In this document: one piece after another, positions 1-21,143 of the stretch | Layout: the number at the start of each line of letters is the position of its first letter | Numbering within the stretch: the stretch's first letter is position 1 | From: the human T2T-CHM13v2.0 reference genome, Homo sapiens | Assembly: GCF_009914755.1 (NCBI RefSeq) | Contig: NC_060928.1 | Length of the DNA stretch: 64,000 nucleotides | Strand: one strand, 5' to 3' | The notes under the pieces: model-generated | The model's database searches: none | The model's input: the letters and a program-made list of their open reading frames with translations, nothing else | What the model was told of the DNA's origin: nothing | Made by a program: the position numbers and the translations under genes

Positions 1-489
1 AAAATCATTTCTACCCAGGCCATATGGACAAGGGAGGGGGCAACCCCAAAGGAAAAGGGTAATGTTTGTCATTATGTGTTATAGATCATGAATAATATTT
101 TGCATATGATACTTCAAATTCCCAACAGCCTTGAAGGGTTGAAGAAATCTAGCTAAGATGTTCAAAGCCAGGACTGCCACCCATTTCTTTAGCTTCACAT
201 CCATTGTTCTTTGCTCTGTGCCATAATGTCCAGATAAATGAGCTACAGGCACAATCTCACCCATACCTCTCACCCACTGACATTTACTCTTTCACACAAA
301 TATGGCACAGCTGAGAAAAGTTATCAATAGCAATGGAATATACTTCCTGCATAAAAACCTACCCAAAATTGGTTATAAGTCAGGCGAGAATTTTGGCAAG
401 GGATGAGAAGGTGGGGGTAATAATGTGAGAGAAAATGATATTCACTGAATTTCTTATTTCAAGAGTATTAATTTCTTTTTCCTTTGAAG

Positions 490-1201
490 GTGAAGGCTGA
501 AGTGTTAGACATGGCAGATAATGCATTTGATGATGAATACCTGAAATGTACGGACAGGATGGAAATTAAATACGTTCCCCAACTGCTAAAGGAGGAAAAA
601 GCAAGCCACCAGCAATTAGATACTGTGTGGGAAAATGCAAAAGCCAAATGGGCAGCCCGAAAGACTCAAATCTTTCTCCCTATGAATTTTAAGGATAACC
701 ATGGAATAGCCCTGATGGCATATATTTCCGAAGCTCAAGAGCAAACTCCCTTTTACCATCTGTTCAGTGAAGCTGTGAAGATGGCTGGCCAATCTCGAGA
801 AGATTATATCTATGGCTTCCAGTTCAAAGCTTTCCACTTTTACCTCACAAGAGCCCTGCAGTTGCTGAGAAAACCTTGTGAGGCCAGTTCCAAAACTGTG
901 GTATATAGAACAAGCCAGGGCACTTCATTTACATTTGGAGGGCTAAACCAAGCCAGGTTTGGCCATTTTACCTTGGCATATTCAGCCAAACCTCAGGCTG
1001 CTAATGACCAGCTCACTGTGTTATCCATCTACACATGCCTTGGAGTTGACATTGAAAATTTTCTTGATAAAGAAAGTGAAAGAATTACTTTAATACCTCT
1101 GAATGAGGTTTTTCAAGTGTCACAGGAGGGGGCTGGCAATAACCTTATCCTTCAAAGCATAAACAAGACCTGCAGCCATTATGAGTGTGCATTTCTAGGT
1201 G
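490..1201 (+). CDS. ART3: ART3 large exon encoding the ART (ADP-ribosyltransferase-fold) domain
   Basis: ttgaag|GTGAAG acceptor and G|gtaagt donor. Translates VKAEVLDMADNAFDDEYLKC...FKAFHFYLTRALQLL...CSHYECAFLG, typical of ecto-ARTs and matching recalled human ART3. The signal-peptide exon is upstream of the window. Confidence 0.97.
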
Positions 1202-1415
1202 GTAAGTGTCTGCTCTGTCTGTGCTTGGCTGGGAGGGAAGGAGTGGGATTCTTAGGCTTAGGGAAAGGTCAGTGAAAGGAGAGTGAGAGGTGTTTGAAAG
1301 GTGAAATGACATTCCGTCTAGCTTCTTTCATACTATCTCTTTACCCATAGTTAATTTTATGAAAATTGTACATTTACAGTATTATTAAAAGTTAAAAAAA
1401 ATTAGCACTATAAGG

Positions 1416-1629
1416 CAGTGGTTCTTAACCAAAGGCAGTTTTGCCCTGCAGGGTCATTTGGCAATGGTCAGAAACATTTTTGGTTGTCACAGTTGGGGAA
1501 AAGGGGGATTGCTACTGACATCTAATGGGTAGAGGCCAGAAACACTGATAGACAATGCATAGGACAGCCCCACACAACAAAGAATTATATGGCCCAAAAT
1601 GTTGGTAGTGCTGATGTTGAGAGACCCTA
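1416..1629 (+). mobile_element. MER20 (hAT-Charlie MITE)
   Basis: cagtggttcttaacc...gttgagagacccta; perfect 8-bp TSD CTATAAGG (1408-1415 and 1630-1637). Confidence 0.85.
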
Positions 1630-1656
1630 CTATAAGGCTTACAATAAATAAATAGT

Positions 1657-1922
<266 letters not shown>

Positions 1923-4314
1923 TCAGTGGCATCCAGTTTTCATTCTTTTAGCTATTTCTTCAGGTGCTTACTGTCATGTTTCCAAGTAAATAACATGCTT
2001 CAACATGTTATTTCTTGGTTTTTAAATCTTTAGACATCATGTATTGACTTCCTACTACAGAGAATGAGTATGTAACCCTCATCTACCGTGTATTAGTTAA
2101 GAATTTTTTATGTGTTCAGCTGTAAATAACAGAAAACCTGACTGAGCTTTCATTTAATAAGTCTTAGAGGCAGGCTGTTCAGAGTCAGCGCAGTGGCTCA
2201 TCCATGTCATGTCACTCATGCTCTTTCTTTCTGTTCCACCATCCTTACCATGTTTTGTTTGTTGATTCATGTTTGCACTTGTGACTGTTGCAGCTCTAGG
2301 CATCAATCCATGTCCAAGACAAAAAGAAAGTAAAGGGGATGACAGCCAAATCTACTTGTTCAGTAAGGAAAGTAAAAGTTTTCCCAGAAACCCTTACTAA
2401 ACTCCTGATTACAGGTCATTGACTTGAACAGTTTCTTGGTCACCCATAGCTACCAGAGAAGCTTGGGAAGGGGGTAATTATCCTTTCTCCAGCCAAGGGA
2501 ATATAGTGTGTGGGGGAGACAAAGGAAAAGGGAATTAGAAATGGCTGTTAGATCAGTAAACCAAAAGTTTCTGAAAGCCAACACCCTCCTTCCCAATGTA
2601 CGTCCATTTCCCCCTTCCCATTCTCCCAGCATAGTAAAGACAGGTCATAGCTCAGTTAGAGTGGTTTTTCTGTGCTTAAATCCCTCTTTTACCCCAGGGT
2701 TATTCTATGATTTTTTTGTTTGTTTCCTTAGTTTTTTTAATATCCAATCAGTAATTCACCTCCAAATCCTTTGACAGAAATATAAATTTCTTCTTTCCCC
2801 TGGATAATTCCCTCATCATACTGCTCTATGATAAGCTCTTTAGGCCTGCTGAACATCCTGAAATCTCTCATTACCATTCTGAGATATTGCTTCTTCCCTA
2901 TGAGAGATCTCCTATTTCTTGGATTTGCAACTCTTTCTTGGATTACTACTTTGTTTGGTGTGGTGGGGATGGGGGTTCTGCAGAAGTTTCGGAGAAATGG
3001 TCCACTAAAGAAAATTTTCTAAGTCTCTGCATCTCTGAGAGATCTGCCTTTAAGCTTGATTAATAGTTTATGTAGATTTGCATTTCTATTTTAGAAACTA
3101 TTTTTCCTTGGAATTTTGAAGATATTCCTCCAGTGACTTCTAGGTTCTGTAGCTGTTGTTGAAAGGTATGAAGCCATTCTAATTACTAAAACTTTGAATA
3201 AGACTTTTTAAAAACAAAAATCTGGAAGGTTTTAGGTTGTTTTCTTTATTCCCAACATTCTGAAATTTTATGGTGTTGTGCCTTAGTGTGTGTGAGCAAA
3301 GGGTTAGTAAACTCCTTCTCCTGTCTTCTGTGAAAATGGCCTCCTGGTGATCTTCCAGCACTCTCTCTGCAATCTATGAAAGGTGGAATGACAGCTGTGT
3401 GACCTTACAGCATTGCCTGTGGTAAACATAACCCTTGATTGGTAAAGTGCATCTGAGCTGGGAGGATTGTGAATGAACTATAAATACTTGAGGAGAAGCC
3501 ATAGCTTTGGGCTTTCCTGAATGTGGTGTGACATACCCAGGTGTTCTTCTTGTTGAGTCCTGGAAGGACAGCAGTACTCTCGTACCAATCCTGCATAGGT
3601 TCAAAATATATTGTATTTTATATGTGGCATGAGGCTACTAAGCTAGAGAGGCTCCTACACCCACCTGTGTAATCTTGTTTCCTTGAACCTGAGCTGTAAT
3701 TTGGAAGCAAAAGAACAGCCCTGGACTCCTGTGAAGACTTGCATTAAAGGAACACATCTGATGCTGCTCTGCTGCTAGACAGTATGCTTTATTCACTGCT
3801 GTATATTCTTCTGCAAAACTGAGTAAACTGGTGAGGGGTTGGCCTTTTTGGGTCTTGAAGGTGTGATTGCCTAACTGAACCAAAAACCATCGCTGCTGGG
3901 TCAAGTAAAGTGTGCAGTAGGCCTCAAAGTGGGATAGACTTTTAGATCTTGACTAAATGTAGCCAAGGTACTATGAGATAAAAAAGGCTGGGTGGTAGGG
4001 AAGTGCTAATGAGACATTGATGTCTGGGTAGGGACAGATCCACTTATGATTGGATGGCAGAAGCTGTGTGGCTATTGAGGTGCCTAGGGTGAAAATTTTA
4101 AGGAAGTCCTCACTCTTAGGGCTGTACCTGCACTTGTATATTCCTGAGAGTGCCTCCTTAAATTTTCTCTAGGCACCTTATTTGCCTCACCCTAGTCCTG
4201 CATCTGAGTTGCACCTGAGAAGGACGATTCTAGTTAGAGCAGATGAAAGCTGAAATGAGTAAATTTGGTTGAAAGAAAAAGTGTTTATAAAAAGATAGGG
4301 GAAAAAAGACAAAA

Positions 4315-5405
4315 GACGAGATGAGAAATGCTGGCTAGGGTTTGGAGAAGAGGGAACCCTGGAACACTGTTGGTAGGAAGGTAGATTGGTGCAGCCATTA
4401 TGGAAAACAGTATGGAGGTTTCTATCTTTAAATAGAAATTAAAAATAGAACTGCTGGTCAGGCACAGTGGCTCATGCCTGTAATCCCAGCGCTTTGGGAG
4501 GCCGAGGCGGGCAGATCACCTGAGGTCAGGAGTTCGAGACCAGATTGGCCAACATGGTGAAATACCATCTCTACTAAAAATACAAAAATTAGCCAGGCGT
4601 GGTGCCACGTGCCTGTAATCACAGCTACTTAGGAGGCTGAGACAGGAGAATTGCTTGAACCCAGGAAGAGGAGGTTGCAGTGAGCTGAGACTGCACAACT
4701 GCACTCCAGCCTGGTCAACAAGAGTCCCCCCCCCCGCTCCCTCCCCGCAGAAAAACAGAACTACCATATGACCCAGTAATCCCTTTCTTGGGTATATACC
4801 CCAAAGAGTTGAAATCACCGCCTCATAAAGATATCTGCACTCTCATGTTCACTGCAGCATTATTCACGGTAACCAAGATATAGAAACAACCTAAATGTCC
4901 ACCAGCAGACAAGGGGGTAAGGAAAATGAGGTATATATACAATAGGATATTATTCAGCCTTAAAAAAAGAGAGAGATTCTGCCATTTGCCACAACATGGA
5001 TGGACCTGGAGGACATTAGGCTAAGTGAAATAAGCCAGACACAGAAAGCTATTGCATGATCTCAGTTATATGTGGAATATATATGAGATCAAAAACGAGA
5101 GAATGAAACAGTAGTTACCACAGGTGTGGGGAGAGGAACTGAAGAGATGTAGATCAAAGGATACCAAATAGCAGACAGGTAGGATGAACAGATTTGGAGA
5201 TCTAATGTGTAACATGAGGACTAAAGTCAGTAAAATTGTATTTTACTTAAATAAGGATTTTAGCTCTCTTGCTACATATACAAAAATATGTGAGATGATA
5301 GCTATGTTAATTTGCTTCACTATAGTAACCATTTTACTATCCATATGTATTTCATGGTTTCATGTAAACCTTAAATATACACAATAAAATTCAGTTTTTA
5401 AAAAA
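4315..5405 (+). mobile_element. L1MA/MB-type 3' end interrupted by AluS (4456-4755)
   Basis: L1 3' motifs (gcagccattatggaaaacag, gccatttgccacaacatggatggacctggagg), terminal aataaa, full Alu inside. Confidence 0.85.
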
Positions 5406-6612
5406 GGAAAGGTGCTCATTCTCACCAACCATACATTGGACCTGACCCAAAACCAAGCCAGCTGGGGCCAGTTTAGACGAGCTCATGGGAACTGATCGTG
5501 GGTATGCATGTCTTCTTTCCTGCTCCCCCTATGTGACAGTAGCCTGAAATTGGCCATAGTTTAGAGTTATACCATGGAAATCAGAAAACACTGCAAACCA
5601 GGGTCTCCCTCCCTCCCTACACCAATCTTGTGAAACTTTATCAGCATAGCACAGCCAAAAACCCGGCTGCAGCTGGGCTGACAGAAATGGTACCGCTTTT
5701 GGTGTTTTTGATGCCTTTGGCCAGATGCCGTTTGTGGAACCGTTAGTTATATCAAAGCCCTGGCTGCAGTGGCTACAAGCTAAATGTAGCACAGGGGTCT
5801 GGTTGATGGGCTGAGGTGGGCAATGGAGCCCACAGACTCCATGTTTGTGAGTGGGATTATGAAAGAACCAAAGAGGTTCTATTGGATTGATTCTGAAAAT
5901 GCCAGAGTTCAGACCCGCGTGGAGAAGTGCGGGTCATTGTGGAGGCGCACGTGTACCATGTGTTTAGGGAGCTATGACAGTCAGCCATTGTACTCGAGTG
6001 TGTTGATTTAACCCTGGGCTGGAGTCCTCTGCCGCCATCTAGAGATGGAAAGTCAGGATCAAAAACTCCCTGGAGTAACCTTTAAAGACAGGCAGTTTGA
6101 AACAGTGTGAAGAACAATGGCCAAGTGTTTTAAGAGCCCTAGCTAAGGAGAATGTAGTGAGAATCTTGTTCCATTGTGACTGGATATAACTGAGCCTTTG
6201 GATTAAAAAAAGACAATGTTTCTAAAAGGGGTAAAAAAAATTTTTACTGCGTTACGTTTAGTGTGCTAAACATAGTCCCACAATGTTTTAAACTTGCCTG
6301 TGATTTCCAAGATAAATATATATTGTGAGTTTTTCAAAAACTAGTTAGCTGAAAACTTTGTTCGTTAGGAAGCAGAGAGAATATCAACATCTCTTTAGAT
6401 AATATAGTTCCTGGTGGTCATAGACATTAATCTTGGTATTAATCCAAGCTGATGTGAGTGAAAAGGAGTAACAGAAACCTTTCTCCTTCCTCAATAGAAA
6501 ATTAGCCCAGGTTAACTAACTTTTATGCTATTTTTCTAGAAAATGCGATAAAGTTGAAATGTTAGCTGTATAATCAAGCTACATCCATTATCATTAAAAA
6601 TTACTCCATTGG

Positions 6613-6733
6613 GGCTGGGTGCAGTGGTGTGTGCCTGTAGACCCAACTACTGGGGAGGCTGAGGCAAGAGGATCCCTTGACCCGAGGGATTCAGGTGCAG
6701 CCTGGGCAACATAATGAGACACCCATCTCTTAA
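6613..6733 (+). mobile_element. FLAM (Alu monomer)
   Basis: Single Alu arm with 17-bp TSD AAAAATTACTCCATTGG. Confidence 0.85.
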
Positions 6734-7936
6734 AAAAATTACTCCATTGGAAAATTATACCTCAATTGGGAGGACGGTGAATGAATTATAAATACCTGGT
6801 GGGAAGCCATGGCTTTGGGGCTCCCTGCACCCTACAGGGCAAATATACTAGGTTTATAGGAAGAAAATTTATATGCAGAGAAATAGTAGAGCACATATCA
6901 TCCCCTGAACTCTCTTTTTTTTTTTTTACTGAACAGAGTAGGCAGAGATTATCTGGCATTTTGGTCAATGTTTCCATAGAGAGAGGCGTGCCTGTATAAT
7001 GCTCTACATAATTTATAGAGTAAGAGGGCCAGGGAATATTGTTCCCTGGCTGGAAAGTAGCCTTGATAGAAAGGAGGAGCCTGTAGACTCCAGTGGCTAG
7101 TAGTATTATTTTGTAGAGTTTACTGAGACCTGTTGAGCCAGCTCTCTGCTAAGCCATCAAAAGGGGGAAAGAAGGTGAGCCTACAGGACTATCCAGATTT
7201 ATTTGTTATAAATCTACCCCAGCCCTTGTGTGCTTATTAAATGTTAAGTATCTCCATTGGTTCTGATTGGCACCTTTCTTTAGCATTTCCTGGGAGTAGC
7301 AAAGTTTCTGTACTGTTGTCTGGGATTGTCTAAGATTGAGACATCAATAAGATCCATGTCTCTAGGCCTAATAGGAAGTGACATATCCAACACCATAAGA
7401 AATTCGTACTTCTAAACAGTGGCTGAAATGTCCCTGAATGCTATAGCAAATTCACCAGGCTGCCAAGGAATATTTTTAAATTTCAAAACAGACACCGCCA
7501 TACTTGATATTTGTCAGACACTGGGTGAACTACTAGCTTGAGGTGGAACTCAGTTTCAAAGTTACATGTTATATCATAGTACATTCTGTTTGATGACATC
7601 ATAAATTTGCAAAGCTGGATCTTTTTAGCAATTGTTGTAATGAAACCAAGTATATGTGAAAATCAATGTGGCATTTATCAATACCCCAAATTAATAAATA
7701 TTTATATCTTAACACCTTAGTAAACATTTGAAAAAATAGCACATACTTTTTAAAAGTACTATTATTTTATTCTTAACAATAATTACTTGCTAATGGGATG
7801 TGTTTGCTTTTTGGACATTCACAGCTTCTCAGACCCTGGAATCAGATTGTGTACTATCTCATTTCCTGTTCCACACTGATTTTCACATATACTTGCTTTT
7901 TGCGACAACAATTGCTAAAAAGACCTACCTTGCAAA

Positions 7937-8326
7937 TGATATGGTTTGGATCTGTGTTCCTACTCAAATCTCATGTTCAGTTGTAATCTCCAATGTTGGA
8001 GATGGGGCCTGGAAGGAGGTGATTGGATCATGGGGGCTGTTTCTAATTATTTAGCACCGTCCCCTTTGTGCTGTTATCATGATAGAGTTCTCACAACATC
8101 TGGTTGTTTAAAAATGTGTAGCATCTTCCCCCTCTCCCTCTTCCTCTTGCTCTGGCCATGTAAGACGAGCCTGCTTCCCCTTCACCTTATGCCATGAGTG
8201 TAAGTTTCCTGAGGCCTCCCCTGCCACGCTTCCTGTACAGCCTGCCGAATCATGAGCCAATCAAAACTCCTTTCTTTATAAATTACCCAGTCTCAGATAT
8301 TTCTTTATAGCAGTGGGAGAACAGAT
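7937..8326 (+). mobile_element. MSTA/MSTB MaLR LTR
   Basis: tgatatggtttggatctgtg...ataaattacccagtctcag. Confidence 0.85.
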
Positions 8327-8465
8327 ATATGTCATCAAACAGTTTGTAACATGATATAACCTGTAGCTTTAAAACTGAGTTCTACCTCAAGCTAGTAGTT
8401 CACACGGTGTCTGACAGATATCAAGCCTGGCTGTGTTTTTCTTGAAATTTAAAATATTCTTTGGA

Positions 8466-8794
<329 letters not shown>

Positions 8795-9394
8795 TCAGCC
8801 ACTGTTTAGAAAAACCACAGATCTAATGGCAGGTCAGCCACATGTTTGTGAAAGTGGATTAGGTTTTAGTAGCCAGGTTTGGCCCTTTATTGGAGGTAAG
8901 ATTTCCATATGACAGTGGAGCTTTCGAGAGTTCGTCCAGCCTTATGGGAATTTAGTTCAGAGAGAACGTATTGCATAATAAGATACTGGTTTAGTGAATC
9001 ATGACTTTTCTTTCGATAAGACAGTCTGTCTCAATTAGGCCCAGTTAACAGGCTAGCAGTAACAGCCCTGCAGAAAGAGGAAGTCCTCGTGACCTACAAA
9101 TTCTGACGTAGCCTTGTTGCCAGAGATTCTAATCAGCTGTGAGTATAGTCATTGACATTTGTAATTTCTTTGGATCTGAAAGAGATAGGGAACTTGTGGG
9201 AGGGCTTTATTTACTCTTGTCCAGACTGCGTCTAATGTTTCTAACTGTAGACTTCTCTGCTAACATGACAGCCATGTAATCTCCAGTATTTAACAAGTCA
9301 GGGATGTGGAGGGCTTCTTTTGGTAGGGAACTAGAGACCAGATCCAAAACCTAGTCCTGTCCTGTTCATCCCATCCTCATAATTAAGAAAAAAA

Positions 9395-13750
<4,356 letters not shown>

Positions 13751-13892
13751 TTTTAACCCTGCTATTTCTTTAGAAACTCAAAATAGTTTGATTACTGCTA
13801 TTGAAAATGCTAAACAGAAGATTAAATCCAGAGTTTAAATAGGGAGGAGAAATGCAATCTTAACAAAATGACTCTGTGTTAAACATTAAAGA

Positions 13893-14218
<326 letters not shown>

Positions 14219-14589
14219 TCAGGAGGCCTTCAAAAATTTTGTGCATAAAAATCACTTGGAGTGCTTATTTAAAATGCAGATCACAAGGCATCCCCCTCTA
14301 GAAAGTATGTAGCAATAATAGTCCTGGCTATGGTCCTGGAATTTGCCTTTTTAATAAGCACCCAGGTGATTCTGAAGTATGTGGCTGGAAAACTACACTT
14401 TGAGAAACATGCTCTAACTTGTGCTACAGACAAAAGGCTTTTAAAATCCCCCTGGTGCCTGGTCCCCAGGCTGCACCTTTCAACTTACATCTGTAGCTTT
14501 CTTATCCACAATTCCCCTCACCTTCACCTTACCCTCAAATAAGCCCTCTGGATGAGGCTTGTACTCACTCATCTCCTGCTGAGACAACA

Positions 14590-14884
<295 letters not shown>

Positions 14885-15875
14885 CTGAGACAACATTTTG
14901 TAATAATCTCTAGAACCAATTTTTAAATTTCTAGTCTAGTCAAATGCCTGAGTTTAGCCTCAGGGCACTGTCCAGATTCTAACACATCTGTTATTTCCTG
15001 GACCAGTAGAAAGTGGACCAAATCACCTGGGTTTTTGGTTCAGACACTCACTACAAATGGAGCAGGACTTGAGAGCAGATTATAGAAGTATATATCTTTT
15101 TTAGGAGCCAGGCCTCTCTAGGGATTCTCCTATTGTAGGTAAAGAGGCTCCTCCTCAGGTAGCTGAACTTCCAGATTAGATTAGTGTGTTCGCCAGGTAT
15201 GAAGTAGAGACCACGAGGCATCTAGACCTTTGTTATGCATTCTGGTAGGCCTTCCGTATGGCTCATACTGCACCCAATCTGTATACTGTCTCACTAACCT
15301 TCTTACCTTACTGCTGTTGGCTGGTAGATTCCCCTTTCTGTCAAGTCTCAGGGGAATCACTGCAGTGCTGACAACTTTTTCTAGGGCATCACCAGTGAGA
15401 GCATCTAGGGCCTTTCAAAAAGTACTGTCAGATGCCACGTTCTGTTCTCCAAATATTGTGGATTTCCTCATATACAAATGAATATTCTGGGGCATGCCAA
15501 CCCGTTTTCTTTATATGAATGTGAAGGATCTTTGTTCAAATGTTAAAGGATGTTGAAGGTCTGATTGAGATTCTTCTTCTTCAAAGGATAGGAATTGTTG
15601 TAGTAGAGGGATAGGTTTGCTGTTGAGGACGTTTAGTATCTGAAGAGAGGATTAATTGGACAGGTAAATTTTCTCCTAAATTTTGCCGACTAATTATAGA
15701 ATAGAATGATAAGGTATTAGCCCTGGATGGGCCCTTGAAAGTCATTTGAAGCAGTCTCCTAGTAAAAGATACAGATAAGAAAACTGAATTCCGGAAAGCT
15801 TAGGTGTTTTGTCAGAGGTCATATGGCTGTTTGGTGGCTGTACTATAAATACTAAAATATAATTGTTCTGCAATT

Positions 15876-16172
<297 letters not shown>

Positions 16173-16309
16173 TGCAATTTGCATCTTACTAATTATGAGT
16201 CTGATAAACCAGGAGCTGACAGATTAGGTTACCAACAGCCATAGATTAATTGAAATATTTACTAGGGTATATTATGTCTAACTAATAAAGCTTTATCTTT
16301 GTGTTTCAG

Positions 16310-16342
16310 GACTAAAAACCGAAAACTGTATTGAGAACCTAG
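16310..16342 (+). CDS. ART3: ART3 33-nt microexon (G)LKTENCIENL
   Basis: tttcag|...|gtaaga; phase 1-1; continues the recalled ART3 protein. Confidence 0.93.
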
Positions 16343-17187
16343 GTAAGATAGCTTTAAAGTCTTATCCCTATAATAGGAATTTTATCAGTTACTTCTCATA
16401 GCTATGGGTCAGAGCTACCCCACCACTGTACTGTCGTTCTGTCAAACATCATTTTCTCAAGGCTAAATTGTGCTACTACTGCTAGTACCTTTTCAGGTGG
16501 AGAGCCTAGGAGCCTTTGCTGCCAGTCCCCACTGCCACCCTCATCCCCACCCCAAGACTTGCCTGTGGCTCTTCTCTCAGACACTGCATTGGCCTGGGCA
16601 TGAAGGGAACACGCCACTGTCATCTGAGCCTGACCTTATAGGAGTTTAAGGACTCCTTAATTCCCCTACATCTTCAGCCATTTCCCACTTGACTCCTATG
16701 CAAAGAGCTAGCTCCTGTTCCTGTATTTTGTTATCTTAGGAAATAACATTTGGGAGACCAATGAAGGAATGGCATGAATATAGGTCGAGGAAGGAGGAGA
16801 ATGGGATGACAGAAGGGTAATGCGGTAGATTTTAACTTCCTCGGGGAAAAATAAGAGGATGTGACCAAAAAAAAAAAAAAAAATCTTTCTTAGAGGACTA
16901 TGGGAAAGATTTGGGAAGGCAGACAGAAAATTCTAAGAGTATTAAGGAACAGCATTATCAAAGAGGCCTAATAAATTTGAATTAAAGATACCAAAAATGC
17001 CTTTGGATTAAGACATGCTCTGGGTGGATCCTTTTGAAGATTTCCTCATTAAAAAGTTTAAAAACATACCAAAGGTATCAGAAGAGAGAGAAAAAAAGTT
17101 CAAAAGCAAGGTTCTGTTTCTAGCTGTTTTTCTGGCTAGCTTTCCTGTGAATTTTTTTTTCATGTAACTTAAATGAATCCACATCCA

Positions 17188-18035
<848 letters not shown>

Positions 18036-18956
18036 TTAGCTGAAGAAAATTTGCAGATATAAAGCAGTGACTTGGCCTATATGAGAGGAAAAAAATAAAG
18101 AACCTATTCTAGGGAAATATACCTTCCTCAAATAAGAGAATTGGCTTCGTGGAGATCTGAACAATATGGAAATTTTCCGGGGAATACGGGTGGTGAGAAT
18201 GAAGAGCTAGAGTCATTCTTGACCAGTTATGAGGGCTTCTTAGGTATAGCTCTGTATTCAGTCATTGAAATGAACCTGTGTGACTCCAAATACTCAGACA
18301 AAAATACAAAACTCAGCATGTTTGCATCTCTCAAATATGCAGATGCTTGATGTTTACTATGATTTAACTAAAATATGTAGGTGATTAGATGCTCTTAAAG
18401 TTTCCACTGAAGGATATATGGCCCAAATCATTTCTTTGCACATAAGTTCCTTATCATGTGTTTGGCTCATGTGGCTACAATAAATTTTTCTTTGTTGAAA
18501 AGAGAAGAGGTTCCAGCCTTTTTAAAACATGCAATTTATTTCATGTTTGGGAAAATACTTCCTGTCCTGATAGAAGTGAAGCACTTTATGCCTTGAAGAC
18601 TTGCTTAGCAGCCCTTCTTTTTATTGTTCCGTTGCAGTCACAGGTTCTACTGATCACTTCCCAGGGACTTTAGCTGACTCTTCAACAAAGACATTTTCTC
18701 GGCTCCTTGAGATCCCTGGTAGACAAGCTATTTGTAATGACTTTTCTTAATAGTAGGGGCAGAGAATGTTCCAGCTCATTAGCCAAGGTACATTTAGACT
18801 GTGACCGACAACTTAAGTTTAGTAGGGTAGTTTCCTGGACGTATCAAATGGTTCTTTATAGTCATATTTCCTGAAAATAATTTTGCTGTAGCAATAGTAA
18901 CTGCCAGTTCTTTTGTTCCATTGTTAAAACTGATGAACTTCTTTTCTGTGACTCAG

Positions 18957-18986
18957 GTGAGAAAAACCAGAAGCTTGAAGACCATA
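18957..18986 (+). CDS. ART3: ART3 30-nt repeat microexon 1 (G)EKNQKLEDH
   Basis: actcag|...|gtaaga; phase 1-1. Confidence 0.92.
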
Positions 18987-19016
18987 GTAAGACATTTTTA
19001 TAAATTCTGGGGGCTT

Positions 19017-19502
<486 letters not shown>

Positions 19503-19655
19503 TTATAAATTCTGGGGGCTTACATTTTACAAGATACCTCCCTTTACAGGTGGGAATATTTTCATATTTACTGAAAATAATTTTGCTGTAGCTATAGTAA
19601 CTGCCAATTCTTTTGTTCCATTGTTAAAACTGATAAGCTTCTTTTTGTAACTCAG

Positions 19656-19685
19656 GTGAGAAAAACCAGAAGCTTGAAGACCATG
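19656..19685 (+). CDS. ART3: ART3 30-nt repeat microexon 3 (G)EKNQKLEDH
   Basis: actcag|...|gtaaga; phase 1-1. Confidence 0.92.
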
Positions 19686-20151
19686 GTAAGACATTTATGT
19701 AAATTCTGGGGGCTTACATTTTGCAATATATCTCCCTTTACATGTGGGAACAGGGAAGAATGTCGTGGTAAGAAAAGTGGGAGGAAGGCAGAGCTCACCT
19801 TAGCTTACTGGTTTGGTATATTAGAGACTCTCCTGGGTTTCAGGTAGAATTCTTTAGAAAAATGACATAGCAGCTCTGTTTCTCCTGTCTAACAATCTTT
19901 AGGTCATCCCACCAAATAGAGGAAGGTGTGACTAATTATTCCCCACATTCTTGTGACCTCTAGGATATTGGGCAGGGCATAACAAATATTGTTTTTTCTA
20001 AATTAAAATGACTATTCTTTGTATTTATTTCTGTCACCAGCAATCTGATTAATATATGCCATTAGCTATATCCATTTGATTATTTAGTACATTCCAAGTG
20101 TAACTTATCCTCAAGTATTTGTTTTTGTTTTATTTTTAATATTACTCAAAT

Positions 20152-20443
<292 letters not shown>

Positions 20444-20657
20444 TCAAGGATACCGGGACAGGAACAGTCTCATAAATTACTGGCGAGATTATAAATTGGA
20501 ACTTTTTTGGAGAGCAATTTAGTAGTATGTATTACTAGTCTTAAAAATGTTTGTACCTTTTGACTCGGTTATAACACTTTTGGATATTTGTCCCAAGGAA
20601 ATTAGAGATGAACACAAAGATTTGTGTACAAAAATGCCTATCACAGTGTTATGGTAG

Positions 20658-21143
20658 TGTCAAAAGACAAAATTACAACAAATTTAAAGAGATCAATTGG
20701 CTTTATTTGAGATTCTAGAATTGGGCAACACTTTATTCCATAGAATAAGCATTCATTGAGCTGAGCACAGAAGTTTGGCTTTAAAGACAGAGAAGAGCCA
20801 AAGAAAGTGGAAGCAAAGAACAGAGTATATTAATTACTTTTAGACAGAACAGTAGAAAAATAACTGATTAGTTAACATCAGTTTATTTCAGGCTACCTTT
20901 TTTGTGTGTAAGGATTGAAGCATCGGGAACTTCATTTATCAAGCTGATTGAAGATTTTAAAATGGCCAATTTGGGAAATTCTGTTATTTCTTTCTCCTGA
21001 TTTCTTAGAAGTTCAGACAACTTAGTTTAGATGATGTGGAACTTTAGCATGGGTGACTCCATTTCGATTTTTAGTCTGGTCTGTTGGGGCCTTCTGCAGA
21101 AACTTAGTCTGAAGCAATGGCCTCCTATAATTTTTATTTGACA
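20658..21143 (-). mobile_element. ERV1-class solo LTR (MER67-like) nested in an old L1
   Basis: TG...CA ends and 4-bp TSD GTAG. Confidence 0.75.

Noticed and set aside
15170-15500. Minus-strand frame of ~100 codons with one internal stop (…LRLDRKGNLPANSSKVRRLVRQYTDWVQYEPYGRP…)
   Set aside because: No recognisable homologue, poly(A) tail or TSD; compatible with chance or a decayed retroelement. A tblastx or Dfam search would settle it.
19903-19925. ttag|...|gtgtga micro-exon-like segment
   Set aside because: 23 nt, frameshifting, and lacks the family signature
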